Assembly: GCA_046861395.1 (NCBI GenBank)
Contig: JBHHUC010000004.1
Span: 1,985-65,984, forward strand
Source of the DNA: Fidelibacterota bacterium
GTDB taxonomy: Bacteria > Fidelibacterota > Marinisomatia > Marinisomatales > JABMOV01
Length of the DNA: 64,000 bases
Direction of reading: 5' to 3'
The translations under genes and the position numbers were made by a program. The notes under the pieces were generated by a model. It saw nothing but the letters and a program-made list of their open reading frames with translations, did no database searches and was not told where the DNA came from. Of the stretch, positions 50,745 to 60,957 are shown one piece after another (position 1 is the first letter of the stretch; each line of letters starts with the position of its first letter).

Positions 50745-51236
50745 TTATTTTACCGGTCTTAGATAATTACGTTCAATGTGAACACTCATGGCATGTTGGA
50801 TGGCATCTATTTTCAGGATGAATTTTTCATTACCTTTGATCTGAGCAACAAGACCGCGAATCCCTTTCATGGGACCGGCAATGATTTCCACCTCTTCGCC
50901 CACCGTGAAATAATCCGTGGCTTCCGGTTTTAGGCCCCCTTCTATGGAAGTCCGAATGGCCTCTATCTGTTCATCCATAATGAATGCAATCTCATTCTTG
51001 AATTTAATGATATGATGCACACCGGGCGTCTGCAACACCCACAGACTGTCCTTGGGCACAGTGTGAACAAAGATATAACTACGGAACAACGGAACATCGA
51101 CCCACTTTTTACGGTCACTCCATTGCCGCCGTTGACGAATCAACGGTAAATAGGATTCAATGCCCTTCTCTTCCAGGAGGGCATGGACTTTTTTTTCATA
51201 ACGCGGTTTAGTATAGACGGCAATCCAGCGTTTCAT
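50745..51236 (-). CDS. NusG paralog (UpxY/RfaH-like transcription antiterminator)
   Basis: 163 aa with NGN-like WIAVYTKPRYEKKVHALLEEKGIESYLP...LFRSYIFV and KOW-like FTVGEEVEIIAGPMKGIRGLV. Distinct from the bona fide nusG at 46123. Confidence 0.75.
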   Translation of the reverse strand: MKRWIAVYTKPRYEKKVHALLEEKGIESYLPLIRQRRQWSDRKKWVDVPLFRSYIFVHTVPKDSLWVLQTPGVHHIIKFKNEIAFIMDEQIEAIRTSIEGGLKPEATDYFTVGEEVEIIAGPMKGIRGLVAQIKGNEKFILKIDAIQHAMSVHIERNYLRPVK

Positions 51237-52126
51237 GATTTCATAGCCAATGTAAGCAAAGTATCGATGAGTTGATGAAAAGACATCCCGGCTGCCTTTA
51301 CAGCCTTGGGAACCAGACTGGTTGCCGTCATTCCCGGGAGAGTATTCATTTCCAGAAACCAGTATTCCTCACCGTCCAGACGGAAATCGACACGACCGTA
51401 ATGCCGGCAACCCAGGGCCCCGTAGATGGCCTCGGCGGCTTCCTGAATCTGTTGCGTCAAGGTCGGTTCCAGGTCGGCGGGACAGGTATAGTTGCTCAGT
51501 CCCTGGGAATATTTACATTCATAATCATATAGTTCGTGGGAAGGAATGATTTCCACCACCGGATAGGGATTTCCGTCAATGACAGCTACGGTAATCTCAC
51601 GGCCGGGAATAAATTTTTCCATCATGATTCGTCGTGAATACGGTCTGGCATTGGTCCATGCCGTTTCCAGTTCGGTGACCTGATGGACGATGCTTAATCC
51701 AACCGTACTGCCCTGATCCACCGGTTTTACGACCAGAGGAACAGCCAGTGACACTTCGGCAGGCGGCGCCGAAGCCGGCAGTAATTCCCAGTCCGGTGTG
51801 CGTAATCCTGCATCCCGGACGATGATTTTACTGAAATGTTTATCCATGCATAAAGCGGATGACAGCGCACCTGATCCGGTATAGGGAATTCCCAGCGTAT
51901 CCAGATATCCCTGGACGATGCCATTTTCACCCATTCCACCATGAAGAGCGTTCAGGACAACATCAACCTTCTGCAACGGTGAATCCAGGGCACTGAGGGA
52001 TGATCCCAGTTCAATCTTAATTCCCTTATATCCCAGGGCCAAGACCGCCTCATACATGGCCTGTCCGGTTGCCAGGGATACATCCCGTTCCGGTGAATTG
52101 CCGCCCAGTAATATTCCGACGTTCAT
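51233..52126 (-). CDS. ddl: D-alanine--D-alanine ligase
   Basis: 297 aa with VGILLGGNSPERDVSL, HGGMGENG, ATP-grasp, and a LEMNTLPGMT C-terminal motif. Confidence 0.93.
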   Translation of the reverse strand: MNVGILLGGNSPERDVSLATGQAMYEAVLALGYKGIKIELGSSLSALDSPLQKVDVVLNALHGGMGENGIVQGYLDTLGIPYTGSGALSSALCMDKHFSKIIVRDAGLRTPDWELLPASAPPAEVSLAVPLVVKPVDQGSTVGLSIVHQVTELETAWTNARPYSRRIMMEKFIPGREITVAVIDGNPYPVVEIIPSHELYDYECKYSQGLSNYTCPADLEPTLTQQIQEAAEAIYGALGCRHYGRVDFRLDGEEYWFLEMNTLPGMTATSLVPKAVKAAGMSFHQLIDTLLTLAMKS

Positions 52127-52674
52127 TTCCCTGCCTCAGACAATTGCAACGCACCTTCCCAGAGATCGGGTGCCGTATAGGTCGCGTGTATTTTCCCTTT
52201 TTTCAATGTGGTCTCCCCTTCACCGGTCAGCACCAGCATCGTTTCCATTCCGGCGGTCTCTCCGGCAATGATATCCTTATCCGTATCGCCGATCATCAGA
52301 CAGCGTTTCAGGTCGATCTGATGATCCCGCGCCGCATCGTTGAACATACCGATGGCCGGCTTGCGATGCGTGGACGATGTCCCTGGCAGGTCATAGCAGA
52401 CATAAATACCGACCAGGGGCAATCCCTGTTCGGCGAACGAAGAATTGATATATTCATGGATTTTCCCCAGCGCTTTTTCCGTGATCCAGCCCCGGCCTAC
52501 CCCGGATTGATTACTGACAATGCAGAAACGGTCTGTGAGGGTCTCCAGGACTTTCAGAGCCGGGAAGGTAAACGGGAAAAAGGTGAATTCATCCAGAGAT
52601 TTTATATAGCCCGGATCGGGATTCAGGGTACCGTCACGATCGAGGAATATGGTGTCAAATCGTTTCTTTGGCAT
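52123..52674 (-). CDS. HAD-IIIA family phosphatase (GmhB / histidinol-phosphatase-like)
   Basis: 183 aa with FLDRDGTLN, SNQSGVGRG, HRKP, MIGDTDKDI motifs. It lacks the Cys-rich zinc loop of classical GmhB. Confidence 0.7.
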   Translation of the reverse strand: MPKKRFDTIFLDRDGTLNPDPGYIKSLDEFTFFPFTFPALKVLETLTDRFCIVSNQSGVGRGWITEKALGKIHEYINSSFAEQGLPLVGIYVCYDLPGTSSTHRKPAIGMFNDAARDHQIDLKRCLMIGDTDKDIIAGETAGMETMLVLTGEGETTLKKGKIHATYTAPDLWEGALQLSEAGK

Positions 52675-53668
52675 CTTTCATATCGGCAAAATGAAAACTG
52701 TTATGAATAAAATAATACGCTCCGATAATGATAAACGGAATGTATCCGACGGCATGCATGACGACGGCAAACGCCTGGGCGCTGGGCATATCCACCTCAA
52801 AAAGTTGCGTCAGGACGGCCACGGCCACGGCATGGTAAGTACCGATATATCCCGGGGCGGACGGAACAGAGATTGAAAGTGTCGTCGTAATTAACAATAT
52901 TCCTACCGACACCCAGTCCAGTTCCAGATGCATTGCTTTTACCAGAATGATCAAATAGACATAATATATCACCCAGAGGTAAACCGTATACATTGTAATT
53001 CGGAATGAATGATGTGTATCCCGGATAGCGGTAACTCCTTCAATGATTTTTTCCAGCATTTGCCAAAATGTTTTTCCGATCCCACGCTGCAGAAAGGGAA
53101 ATTTTTCAGCCAACATATCCCACGGAAGTTTTGTTTTTCCCAACCAGTACACGAGAACCACGGCCAGTGTGGTTACGATACAGATAATGAGCAAAATATT
53201 TCCAAACGCGCTTGACAAGGGATACATGACAGTAAAAAGTATAATCACGCCCACCAAACCGACCATATCGAGCAAACGATCCAAAATGATAGTCCCAAAG
53301 ACATTGGATTGACTGATTTTCTCGAGCGTGCCCAGGCTATAGGCCCGCATGATTTCCCCCATTCGTAATGGTAGAACAGCATTGCCAAAATACCCGATCA
53401 TGGTTGCGCTGAACAGAGATGACAACGGGACTTTCTTTTGCGGCAAGACCAGATAGCGCCAGCGTTGGGCCCGGACAAAAGCACTGTATACCATAAGGAT
53501 GATTGCCGCCAACACGACCCTGTGATCCACTCCGGCCAGTGCTTTAAGCACTTCATCCAGCTGAATCCCCCGAAAAGCGTACCACATTCCGGCAATGCTT
53601 AAACCAAAACCGGCAATCAGTGTAATTTTTTTATTCACGTAAATCCAGTATCTCCCATTCGGCATCAA
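52655..53668 (-). CDS. flippase-like / lysyl-PG-synthase TM-region family membrane protein (UPF0104)
   Basis: 337 aa with about 8 hydrophobic helices and a RAQRWRYL motif after TM2. The start is uncertain: GTG at 53638 would remove the 38-nt overlap. Confidence 0.55.
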   Translation of the reverse strand: MMPNGRYWIYVNKKITLIAGFGLSIAGMWYAFRGIQLDEVLKALAGVDHRVVLAAIILMVYSAFVRAQRWRYLVLPQKKVPLSSLFSATMIGYFGNAVLPLRMGEIMRAYSLGTLEKISQSNVFGTIILDRLLDMVGLVGVIILFTVMYPLSSAFGNILLIICIVTTLAVVLVYWLGKTKLPWDMLAEKFPFLQRGIGKTFWQMLEKIIEGVTAIRDTHHSFRITMYTVYLWVIYYVYLIILVKAMHLELDWVSVGILLITTTLSISVPSAPGYIGTYHAVAVAVLTQLFEVDMPSAQAFAVVMHAVGYIPFIIIGAYYFIHNSFHFADMKDAKETI

Positions 53669-54233
53669 TGGTGTAACGATTCATCAATTCCGATCTTTTT
53701 ATTTCCTTTATATTATCCACCAGGATACGGACGGTATCGGCACTTTCGGTACCGACCACTAGTTTATCGGGCAGATATGATTCCGCATTGAACCAGATTG
53801 TACCCGAAATATCATAGTCCGGTACAAATAAATTGCATTCAATTTTTTTCCCGTGTCGGGCCTTGATCTGTAACTGAACACCGCTGAAATTCCCTGTGAA
53901 GATTGAAAGACTATTATACATTTCCGGGGAATAAGTTTCCAGAATTACATGCTGTTGGGTCGGGGAAAACGTGGCGATAGTTTGTCCCGTTACTTTGATG
54001 ATGGAATTTCCGTTCTCATAGGCAAAACTATCCGGAGAAAATATTTCAAAGCGACCATTGGAACGATGACGATTCCCCTGAATATCCTGCGTCAGAGAAA
54101 AATCAATCCGGAGGCCGTGGTGGGAATGAAATTCAGCCTTCACCGTATCAATAAAGGTTTGCGCGAAATACAGCCCGCTAAGCCCAAAGACAAAAATTAG
54201 GATTCTAATCAAGGGTCTGTAAATATAATTCAT
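53631..54233 (-). CDS. LolA-like outer-membrane lipoprotein carrier protein
   Basis: Signal peptide MNYIYRPLIRILIFVFGLSGLYFAQ, a beta-rich ~180-aa body, and the conserved ftsK-lolA synteny. The tracked ORF starts 17 codons earlier. Confidence 0.5.
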   Translation of the reverse strand: MNYIYRPLIRILIFVFGLSGLYFAQTFIDTVKAEFHSHHGLRIDFSLTQDIQGNRHRSNGRFEIFSPDSFAYENGNSIIKVTGQTIATFSPTQQHVILETYSPEMYNSLSIFTGNFSGVQLQIKARHGKKIECNLFVPDYDISGTIWFNAESYLPDKLVVGTESADTVRILVDNIKEIKRSELMNRYTIDAEWEILDLRE

Positions 54234-56589
54234 CCACCAACACTTCCCGAGCCTTGCTCCCGGTAAACGGTCCCACAACACCAATTTGTTCCATTTGGTC
54301 GATCATGCGGGCTGCCCGGGAATACCCCACTTTTAACCGGCGCTGAATCAGGGAAATAGAACCCTGCTGGTGGGTCACAACCAGACGAATCGCCTCTTTG
54401 AATAATTCATCATCGGTATCGCCGTCAATATCACCATTCATTACGGATGATTCCCGAACCGATGCCAGTTTCTCGTTTTCAAATTTCGGTTGTTGTGAAA
54501 TGTGATTCATGATGGCTTCGATTTCTTCGAGAGAAATAAAGGCATTGTGCATACGTGTAATTTCTGACGATCCGGTGCCCAGGTAAAGCATATCACCACG
54601 ACCGATTAATTTTTCCGCGCCCATGGAATCCAGGATGGTACGGGAATCGATTTTCGTTGCCACCTGGAACGCAATCCGGGCGGGGAAATTGGCTTTGATG
54701 ACACCGGTAATCACATCTACCGATGGTCTTTGTGTAGCAATTACCAGATGAATACCCACGGCCCGCGCCAGCTGAGCCAGCCGGGCAATCGGAGCTTCCA
54801 CATCTTTGGCACTCATCATCATTAAATCGGCTAACTCATCCACGACTAAAATGATGTAGGGCATTATGGCTTCCTTATTCTTGCGCGCCCGGTGGTTGTA
54901 TTCGTCGATGTTCCGAACCACAGCGTCGGCCAGAATCGTATACCGGCGATCCATTTCTTTCTCCAAGGCCTTCAGCGCTAGGATGGCATTTTCGGTGGAC
55001 GTGATGATGGGTTCATCAATATCTTCCGTCCCCAGGAGATAATAGCCATCAAGTGCCCGGTATAATGTCATTTCAACCTTCTTGGGATCAATAATCATAA
55101 ATTGGACTTCATCCGGTGTGGACTGATATAAAATGCTGCAAATGATGGTATTCAGACAGACGGATTTCCCCGATCCCGTTGTTCCTGCAATTAACAGATG
55201 AGGCATTTTCGCCAGATTCAGGGTCGCGATTTCACCACTGGTGGTTTTTCCAATGGCCAGGGTCAGCTTGGAGTCCGCCTTGGCGAATTTCTCAGAATTG
55301 ATAACCGATTTGAAATAGACCGTGGCAGGATTGCGATTGGGAATTTCAATTCCAACCGAAGATTTCCCCGGAATCGGTGCAATTACGCGAACGCGACTGG
55401 CTTCCATGACCCGTGCCAGGTCATCGGATAATTGTACGAATTTATTGACCCGAACTCCCTCCGCAGGTTCAATCTCGAACAATGTGATGACCGGTCCGGG
55501 ATGCACATTCACGACTTTCCCTTCCACCCCGAAGGTGGCCAGGGACTGGGCCAGGAAATTCGCACGGTCAACTAATTCCTCATTGGACTGCCCTTCGGTA
55601 ATTCTTACGGGTGACGAAAGCAATTCCGATTTAGGTAGTTGAAATTTTTTCCGGGGTGCTTTTCGTTCTTTTAGCGAATCTAACTCTATCTCTTCCTCAA
55701 CCACCATTTCTCCTACTTCAATTTCATCCACATTTCCCAATTCCGTTGGTGGCGGTTGAGGGTCCGTCTTCCCGGCCGGTGGAGGTGGCGGAGTCGGTTG
55801 TAATATGGATGTTCCAGAAACCCCGGGCTCGGGTTGTGCTTCGACCTGTGTTTCATCTTCCGTTTCTATTACCGCAAAGGATTCGGCTTGCATCTTCGTG
55901 CTCTCATCCTCCTGTTCCCGGCGGGCATTAATTTTTTCCAATAATTCCTTAGTATGCTTGCGTTTGACCTGATCGGTGTTTTTTTGCGCTTCGACCTTTT
56001 TTCGCAAGCCCGGGAACGATGGCAGTTTATCACTCAAACGCTTAATCGGATCGGCAAAATTCCATTCGAAATACCCCCGGGCCAGAATGAGCCATAGAAT
56101 GATCAGAAGAATCCCTGCCCCGTAAAGGCCCAGGAAGTCGATAAAAAGGGTTCCCAATAAACCACCGATAAACCCGCTGTAAAGCATATCCATATTTTCC
56201 TGGAAGAAAGATAAATCTATCCAGCCGATTGTCACCGACAACAGAACCAATACCCCCAGAAGATAACCGCTGAGCCGCATTACGGATGCAATCGACTTTC
56301 GGTAAAACAGATTCCAGCTCCATACCAGACCCAATATCGGCAACAACCCAATGGCATATCCCAATCCCATCTTGATACCATAATGCCCAACATAGAGGCC
56401 TAAAATGCCCATGGGATTTTCAATCATGATATTGGATGCAATGCCCGGTTCTTCATAGGGTCGATACCCCAAAAAGCTCAGTCCCACAAACAGGGACACG
56501 GCGAACAGCAGCATTCCCAGAATTTCTATACGGCGATCTTTCATACCCTTCTCAGATGTATAACTCCGGGTGCGTCCGTTGTTTTTCAA
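54205..56589 (-). CDS. ftsK: DNA translocase FtsK
   Basis: N-terminal TM helices, a Pro-rich linker (PTPPPPPAGKTDPQPPP), a motor domain with GTTGSGKS Walker A and VVDELADLMM Walker B, and a C-terminal gamma winged-helix (ISLIQRRLKVGYSRAARMIDQME). ATG 56544 is an alternative start that avoids the overlap. Confidence 0.95.
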   Translation of the reverse strand: MKNNGRTRSYTSEKGMKDRRIEILGMLLFAVSLFVGLSFLGYRPYEEPGIASNIMIENPMGILGLYVGHYGIKMGLGYAIGLLPILGLVWSWNLFYRKSIASVMRLSGYLLGVLVLLSVTIGWIDLSFFQENMDMLYSGFIGGLLGTLFIDFLGLYGAGILLIILWLILARGYFEWNFADPIKRLSDKLPSFPGLRKKVEAQKNTDQVKRKHTKELLEKINARREQEDESTKMQAESFAVIETEDETQVEAQPEPGVSGTSILQPTPPPPPAGKTDPQPPPTELGNVDEIEVGEMVVEEEIELDSLKERKAPRKKFQLPKSELLSSPVRITEGQSNEELVDRANFLAQSLATFGVEGKVVNVHPGPVITLFEIEPAEGVRVNKFVQLSDDLARVMEASRVRVIAPIPGKSSVGIEIPNRNPATVYFKSVINSEKFAKADSKLTLAIGKTTSGEIATLNLAKMPHLLIAGTTGSGKSVCLNTIICSILYQSTPDEVQFMIIDPKKVEMTLYRALDGYYLLGTEDIDEPIITSTENAILALKALEKEMDRRYTILADAVVRNIDEYNHRARKNKEAIMPYIILVVDELADLMMMSAKDVEAPIARLAQLARAVGIHLVIATQRPSVDVITGVIKANFPARIAFQVATKIDSRTILDSMGAEKLIGRGDMLYLGTGSSEITRMHNAFISLEEIEAIMNHISQQPKFENEKLASVRESSVMNGDIDGDTDDELFKEAIRLVVTHQQGSISLIQRRLKVGYSRAARMIDQMEQIGVVGPFTGSKAREVLVDELYLQTLD

Positions 56590-57550
56590 TCAGCCAGTTC
56601 ACGAAAATTTCGATTCCCTCCGATGGTGTTGTTTTGGGTTCATAATCCAATCGCTGCCGGGCCCGGGAAATATCGGCAAAAGTCTGTAACACATCCCCGG
56701 ATGGTAATTCCTGATATTCCAGGATAGCTTTCCGGCCTGTTTTTTCTTCGATAATTTCAACTAATTCCGCCAGTTTTACTGGTTCCGAATTCCCCAAGTT
56801 ATACACGGTAAACCCCGGTTCCAAATCGATTGCTTTCAGAATGCCATCAATGATATCATCGATATAAGTATAATCCCGGGCCGTAGAACCGTCACCAAAA
56901 ATAGGAATGGTCTTGCCACTTAATATATGACGCACAAATTTATGGATGGCCATTTCCGGTCTTTGCCGCGGACCGTATACGGTAAAAAATCGGAGGCAGG
57001 TCGTGGGGATCTGAAACAGTTTCGAATAGGGATAACACATAATTTCGCCCATTTTCTTGGTTGCACCATAATGGGAGATTTGATTATCGACGATGTCATC
57101 TTCGGAAAAAGGCGTTTTTTCATTATTCCCGTAAACGGATGAGGATGAGGCGAAAATAAATTTCTGAAGCGGATAATGAGACATGACTTCCAGCAATTGC
57201 TGAGTTCCCACGATGTTTACGTCTGTATAATATTGCGGTTGTTCCAGAGAAGGACGAACCCCGGCCATGGCCGCCAGATGAATTACAAATCCGATTTCAT
57301 GGGATTTGAAAATCTTCTCAAGCGTGTCAGCCGATCGTATATCCCCTTCCACAAAAGTGTAATGATCAAAATCGAAATGCCGTTTTATATTCAACCGCTT
57401 GATAGCGGGATTATAAAAATCGTTTAAATTGTCGAGCGTAATCACCTTGACACCCCTGGCCAACAGAGTCCCGGCCAGATGTGAACCAATAAACCCGGCA
57501 CCACCGGTAATGAAAACAGCCCGACCATCATGGAGAATATTGTCTATCAT
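56552..57550 (-). CDS. NAD-dependent sugar-nucleotide epimerase/dehydratase (SDR, GalE/UDP-glucuronate 4-epimerase-like)
   Basis: 332 aa with ITGGAGFIGSHL Rossmann motif, a SSSSVYG serine and YGATKKMGE (YxxxK). Confidence 0.85.
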   Translation of the reverse strand: MIDNILHDGRAVFITGGAGFIGSHLAGTLLARGVKVITLDNLNDFYNPAIKRLNIKRHFDFDHYTFVEGDIRSADTLEKIFKSHEIGFVIHLAAMAGVRPSLEQPQYYTDVNIVGTQQLLEVMSHYPLQKFIFASSSSVYGNNEKTPFSEDDIVDNQISHYGATKKMGEIMCYPYSKLFQIPTTCLRFFTVYGPRQRPEMAIHKFVRHILSGKTIPIFGDGSTARDYTYIDDIIDGILKAIDLEPGFTVYNLGNSEPVKLAELVEIIEEKTGRKAILEYQELPSGDVLQTFADISRARQRLDYEPKTTPSEGIEIFVNWLIEKQRTHPELYI

Positions 57551-57553
57551 AAG

Positions 57554-58660
57554 CTAAAGAAGAGCGGTTCCTGATGTATAAAAAGGAGGTTTAATGATAA
57601 CAGCGGCGAAACGCCTACCGCGAATGCTGATCTGGAGTTTCGTTCCGATTTTATGATGGGGAACATCAACGTATGCCAGGGCAATTCCCTGTCCCAGGGA
57701 TGGGGACTGGGTTCCACTGGTCACATGCCCTACGCCAGTTTCATCATGAAACACGTCATACCCGGCACGAGGTACTGCCCGCTCCAGCATTTTCAGACAC
57801 ACCAACCGTCGGGACACAGATTTTTTCGCCGCCAGGATTGCATCACGACCGATAAAATCACCTTTATCCAGTTTTGTGATCCAGCCCAGTTCGGCTTCGA
57901 TGGGATTGGTGGTTTCGTCAATATCATTGCCATAGAGACAATATTTCATTTCCAACCGCAGCGTATCCCGGGCCCCCAACCCGGCGGGACGCAATCCGCG
58001 CGATTCCCCCACCGTCATAATATGATCCCATAATGCGGCTGCCTGAGCCGAGGGAATATAGATTTCGAAACCCAATTCACCGGTATATCCGGTACGGGCC
58101 AGAGTCACCGGGACATCTTGATAGGTCGTTGTCATGAAATGATAGAACGCCAGATCGCCGATGGCGGAAAAGCCGCAGTCTGCCAGGATATCACGGGAAA
58201 CCGGTCCCTGCACAGCCAGGAGAGCAATAGCATTACTCCTGTCCTCCAGACGAACGGATGGAGGGCGGTGTTCTTCCAGCCATTGCAGGTCTTTCTGTCG
58301 GTTGGCCGCATTCACAACAATCATGTAATAATCGGAATAGCGGTAGATGAGTAAATCATCGAGCATGCCGCCATCCTCCCGGCATATGGCGTTGTACTGC
58401 GCCTGGCCCACGGCGATGACGTGAATATCATTGATGGTCACGGTTTGCAGAAATGCGTCTGCTCCCGGTCCGGACACAAGGAATTCACCCATGTGGCTGA
58501 CATCAAAAATTCCGGCCTGTTGACGCACGGCCAGATGCTCCGCTCTGATACCGGAATACTGAACCGGCATCAGATAACCGGCAAAGGGCACCATTTTCGC
58601 CCCGGCGGCTACATGGCAATCATATAATGGTGTTTTCTGCACGGAACTAATCGGATTCAA
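57554..58660 (-). CDS. gcvT: glycine cleavage system aminomethyltransferase T
   Basis: 368 aa with TPLYDCHVAAGAKMVPFAGYLMPVQY, FDVSHMGEF, TGYTGELGFEIY. Confidence 0.95.
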   Translation of the reverse strand: MNPISSVQKTPLYDCHVAAGAKMVPFAGYLMPVQYSGIRAEHLAVRQQAGIFDVSHMGEFLVSGPGADAFLQTVTINDIHVIAVGQAQYNAICREDGGMLDDLLIYRYSDYYMIVVNAANRQKDLQWLEEHRPPSVRLEDRSNAIALLAVQGPVSRDILADCGFSAIGDLAFYHFMTTTYQDVPVTLARTGYTGELGFEIYIPSAQAAALWDHIMTVGESRGLRPAGLGARDTLRLEMKYCLYGNDIDETTNPIEAELGWITKLDKGDFIGRDAILAAKKSVSRRLVCLKMLERAVPRAGYDVFHDETGVGHVTSGTQSPSLGQGIALAYVDVPHHKIGTKLQISIRGRRFAAVIIKPPFYTSGTALL

Positions 58661-59843
58661 ACCAGGTTTTCAACCGGCCCAGGCCTTCCTGAATGGCATC
58701 GGTATTGATGCCCGAATAGGCAAACCGAATGAAGAATTCCGATTCATCGTCGGCCACCCGCCCGAAGTGATTCCGGGTACAGAAGGATACACCGGTATTG
58801 TAAAGTGCCCCATCCTGCAACTGACTGATATCGGTAAACCCTTTGCGTTCCATGATCCGCGTTACATTGGGAAAGAGGTAAAACGTACTGTTGGGCAGAG
58901 GCAGAGAAATACCGTCGATTTCGTTCAAGGCAGCTACGGCTACGTCACGACGGGATTTGAGTTCAGCCAAAATTTTCTCCGGTCCGGACGGATCTCCCGT
59001 TAACGCTTCTGTCATCGCCCATTGAATAAAATGATTGGAACATGATTCTGCATTGGTATTGAGTTTATTGATAACATCAATCACCATTTTTGGTCCAATG
59101 GCTGCCCCCAGACGCCAGCCTGTCATCGCATATTTTTTGGAAAAAGTGTAGAGAATCACCGTGCGTTCCTGCATGCCGGGATAGGCTACGATGGAACGGG
59201 CTTGTCCGCTGTACCGTATTTCATAATAGGCATCGTCGGAAAGGACCCAAAGATCATGTTTCAAGGCTAATTCGGCCAGAGCCGCCATTTCTGCTTCACT
59301 GGACGAAGCACTGATGGGATTCTGGTAATTATTGTAGATCAGGATGGTCGTTTTATCGGTGATGGAGTCCTCCAACTTCTCCATGTCAATGGCAAAGCCG
59401 GTAGCCGTCTCCACGTATTGATAGGGCACTGCAACACCACCCTGAAATTCAATCTGGCTTTCATAGATGGGATAGCCGGGATTGGGATAGAGGACTTCAT
59501 CCCCGTGGTTCATAACGGCGGCGATAAACTTCCCGATCACCGGCTTTCCTCCCGGTTGGACCGACACATTTTCAGCAGCATACTTCACTCCGCGGCGGCG
59601 GCCCACATCCTCGGCCAGGGCTGCTCGCAACGCCGGAATTCCAGCTCCGGGACAATATCCCGTTTTTCCGTCCCGGATCGCTTTGAAGGCCGCATCCACA
59701 ATATTCGTCGGTGTAGGCAGATTAATATCCCCCAAATGAAAAGGATAGACAGTATTCCCCTTAGCCGCCCAATCCGCCGCTTGGGCCGATACGGCAAAGG
59801 CTGTCTCTGTTCCCAGATGAGCCAATTCTTCAGATAATTTCAT
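58647..59843 (-). CDS. pyridoxal-phosphate-dependent aminotransferase, class I/II (aspartate aminotransferase-like)
   Basis: 398 aa with NPGYPIYE, NNYQNPI, and YTFSKKYAMTGWRLG (PLP lysine motif). Confidence 0.85.
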   Translation of the reverse strand: MKLSEELAHLGTETAFAVSAQAADWAAKGNTVYPFHLGDINLPTPTNIVDAAFKAIRDGKTGYCPGAGIPALRAALAEDVGRRRGVKYAAENVSVQPGGKPVIGKFIAAVMNHGDEVLYPNPGYPIYESQIEFQGGVAVPYQYVETATGFAIDMEKLEDSITDKTTILIYNNYQNPISASSSEAEMAALAELALKHDLWVLSDDAYYEIRYSGQARSIVAYPGMQERTVILYTFSKKYAMTGWRLGAAIGPKMVIDVINKLNTNAESCSNHFIQWAMTEALTGDPSGPEKILAELKSRRDVAVAALNEIDGISLPLPNSTFYLFPNVTRIMERKGFTDISQLQDGALYNTGVSFCTRNHFGRVADDESEFFIRFAYSGINTDAIQEGLGRLKTWFESD

Positions 59844-59851
59844 TATTGCTC

Positions 59852-60451
59852 CTATAAAATTGTTGCTAAAGCCAGTTTGATTAATTCTTCCAGTGAATCG
59901 GGAAGGGACCCGGCTTTCTCTATTTTTTTAAATGCTTTTTGTATCTGTGCCCGGTTATACCCCAGTGACAGGAGAGCATCCCTAGCATCTTTGATAATAT
60001 CCGATGATCCACTTTCACTGAAGAATTCATCGAATTCCTTATCCGACACACTGGTAAATTTATCCTTTAATTCCAAAATCATGCGCTTGGCGGTTTTGGG
60101 ACCGATCCCGGGAATGACGGTCAAGGCCTGAATGTCTCCAACAATGATTTTCTGGCGAAATTCCGCTGGTGATGTACCAGACAAAATTGTAATGGCCAAT
60201 TTGGGTCCGATCCCGCTGATGCCGATCAGCAAATGAAAGATGTCCCGCTCCGATTCGGTGTAGAATCCGTATAAATCCAAGATATCCTCACGGACATGAA
60301 GATATGTCAACAGCGTCACAGTCGTATTGGTCCCCGGCAATTTTTCATAGGTCGGAACTGTAATATGTATCCGGTAGCGGATTCCCTGAACATCCACGAT
60401 GGCATATGTCGGTTGCTTGGCTGTAAGGATTCCTGAAATTGAGTCAATCAT
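59852..60451 (-). CDS. ruvA: Holliday junction branch migration complex subunit RuvA
   Basis: MIDSISGILT...VDVQGIRYRIHI and HhH motifs (GISGIGPKLA, IPGIGPKTAKR). ATG 60451 forms an ATGA overlap with the ruvC stop. Confidence 0.93.
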   Translation of the reverse strand: MIDSISGILTAKQPTYAIVDVQGIRYRIHITVPTYEKLPGTNTTVTLLTYLHVREDILDLYGFYTESERDIFHLLIGISGIGPKLAITILSGTSPAEFRQKIIVGDIQALTVIPGIGPKTAKRMILELKDKFTSVSDKEFDEFFSESGSSDIIKDARDALLSLGYNRAQIQKAFKKIEKAGSLPDSLEELIKLALATIL

Positions 60452-60927
60452 TTTATATTTCCCAAGTGATGAAAATGACAAATACCGATGGCCAAGGCAT
60501 CGCTGGCATCCAATGGTTTGGGCGGCTCGCTCAAAGTCAGAATACGCTGGACCATGAACTGGACCTGTTCCTTGGTAGCGGCACCGTTTCCCACCACCGC
60601 TTGTTTGATCTTCCGGGGTGCGTATTCGGAACAGGGAATGCCGTAATTGGCCCCTGCCACCAACAACGTCCCCCGGGCCTGCCCCAGAGCAATGGCCGAA
60701 CGAATGTTTTTTTGATAAAACGTGTCTTCAATTGCCAATGAATCAGGTTGATAAGTTTGCATAATGGTTAATAATTCATCATGAAGGTGTTTTAATCGCA
60801 GTGGCAGCGGCCGACCGGCGGGAGGACGAATCACACCATAACAGATGGAACGAATATCCGGTCCTTTCTTTTTCAGAATGGCAAACCCCGTCACGGACAA
60901 ACCGGGATCGACACCGATCACTTTCAA
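60448..60927 (-). CDS. ruvC: crossover junction endodeoxyribonuclease RuvC
   Basis: MKVIGVDPGLSVTGFAIL, AIEDTFY, DASDALAIGICH catalytic acidic residues. Confidence 0.95.
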   Translation of the reverse strand: MKVIGVDPGLSVTGFAILKKKGPDIRSICYGVIRPPAGRPLPLRLKHLHDELLTIMQTYQPDSLAIEDTFYQKNIRSAIALGQARGTLLVAGANYGIPCSEYAPRKIKQAVVGNGAATKEQVQFMVQRILTLSEPPKPLDASDALAIGICHFHHLGNIK

Positions 60928-60957
60928 GGTTGAATATCCCGCCTGGCATGTCCATCC

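Noticed and set aside
52069-52710. 213-aa plus-strand ORF antisense to the ddl/HAD-phosphatase genes.
   Set aside because: The minus-strand genes have clear family motifs. This frame is Arg/Gly/Pro-rich shadow sequence.
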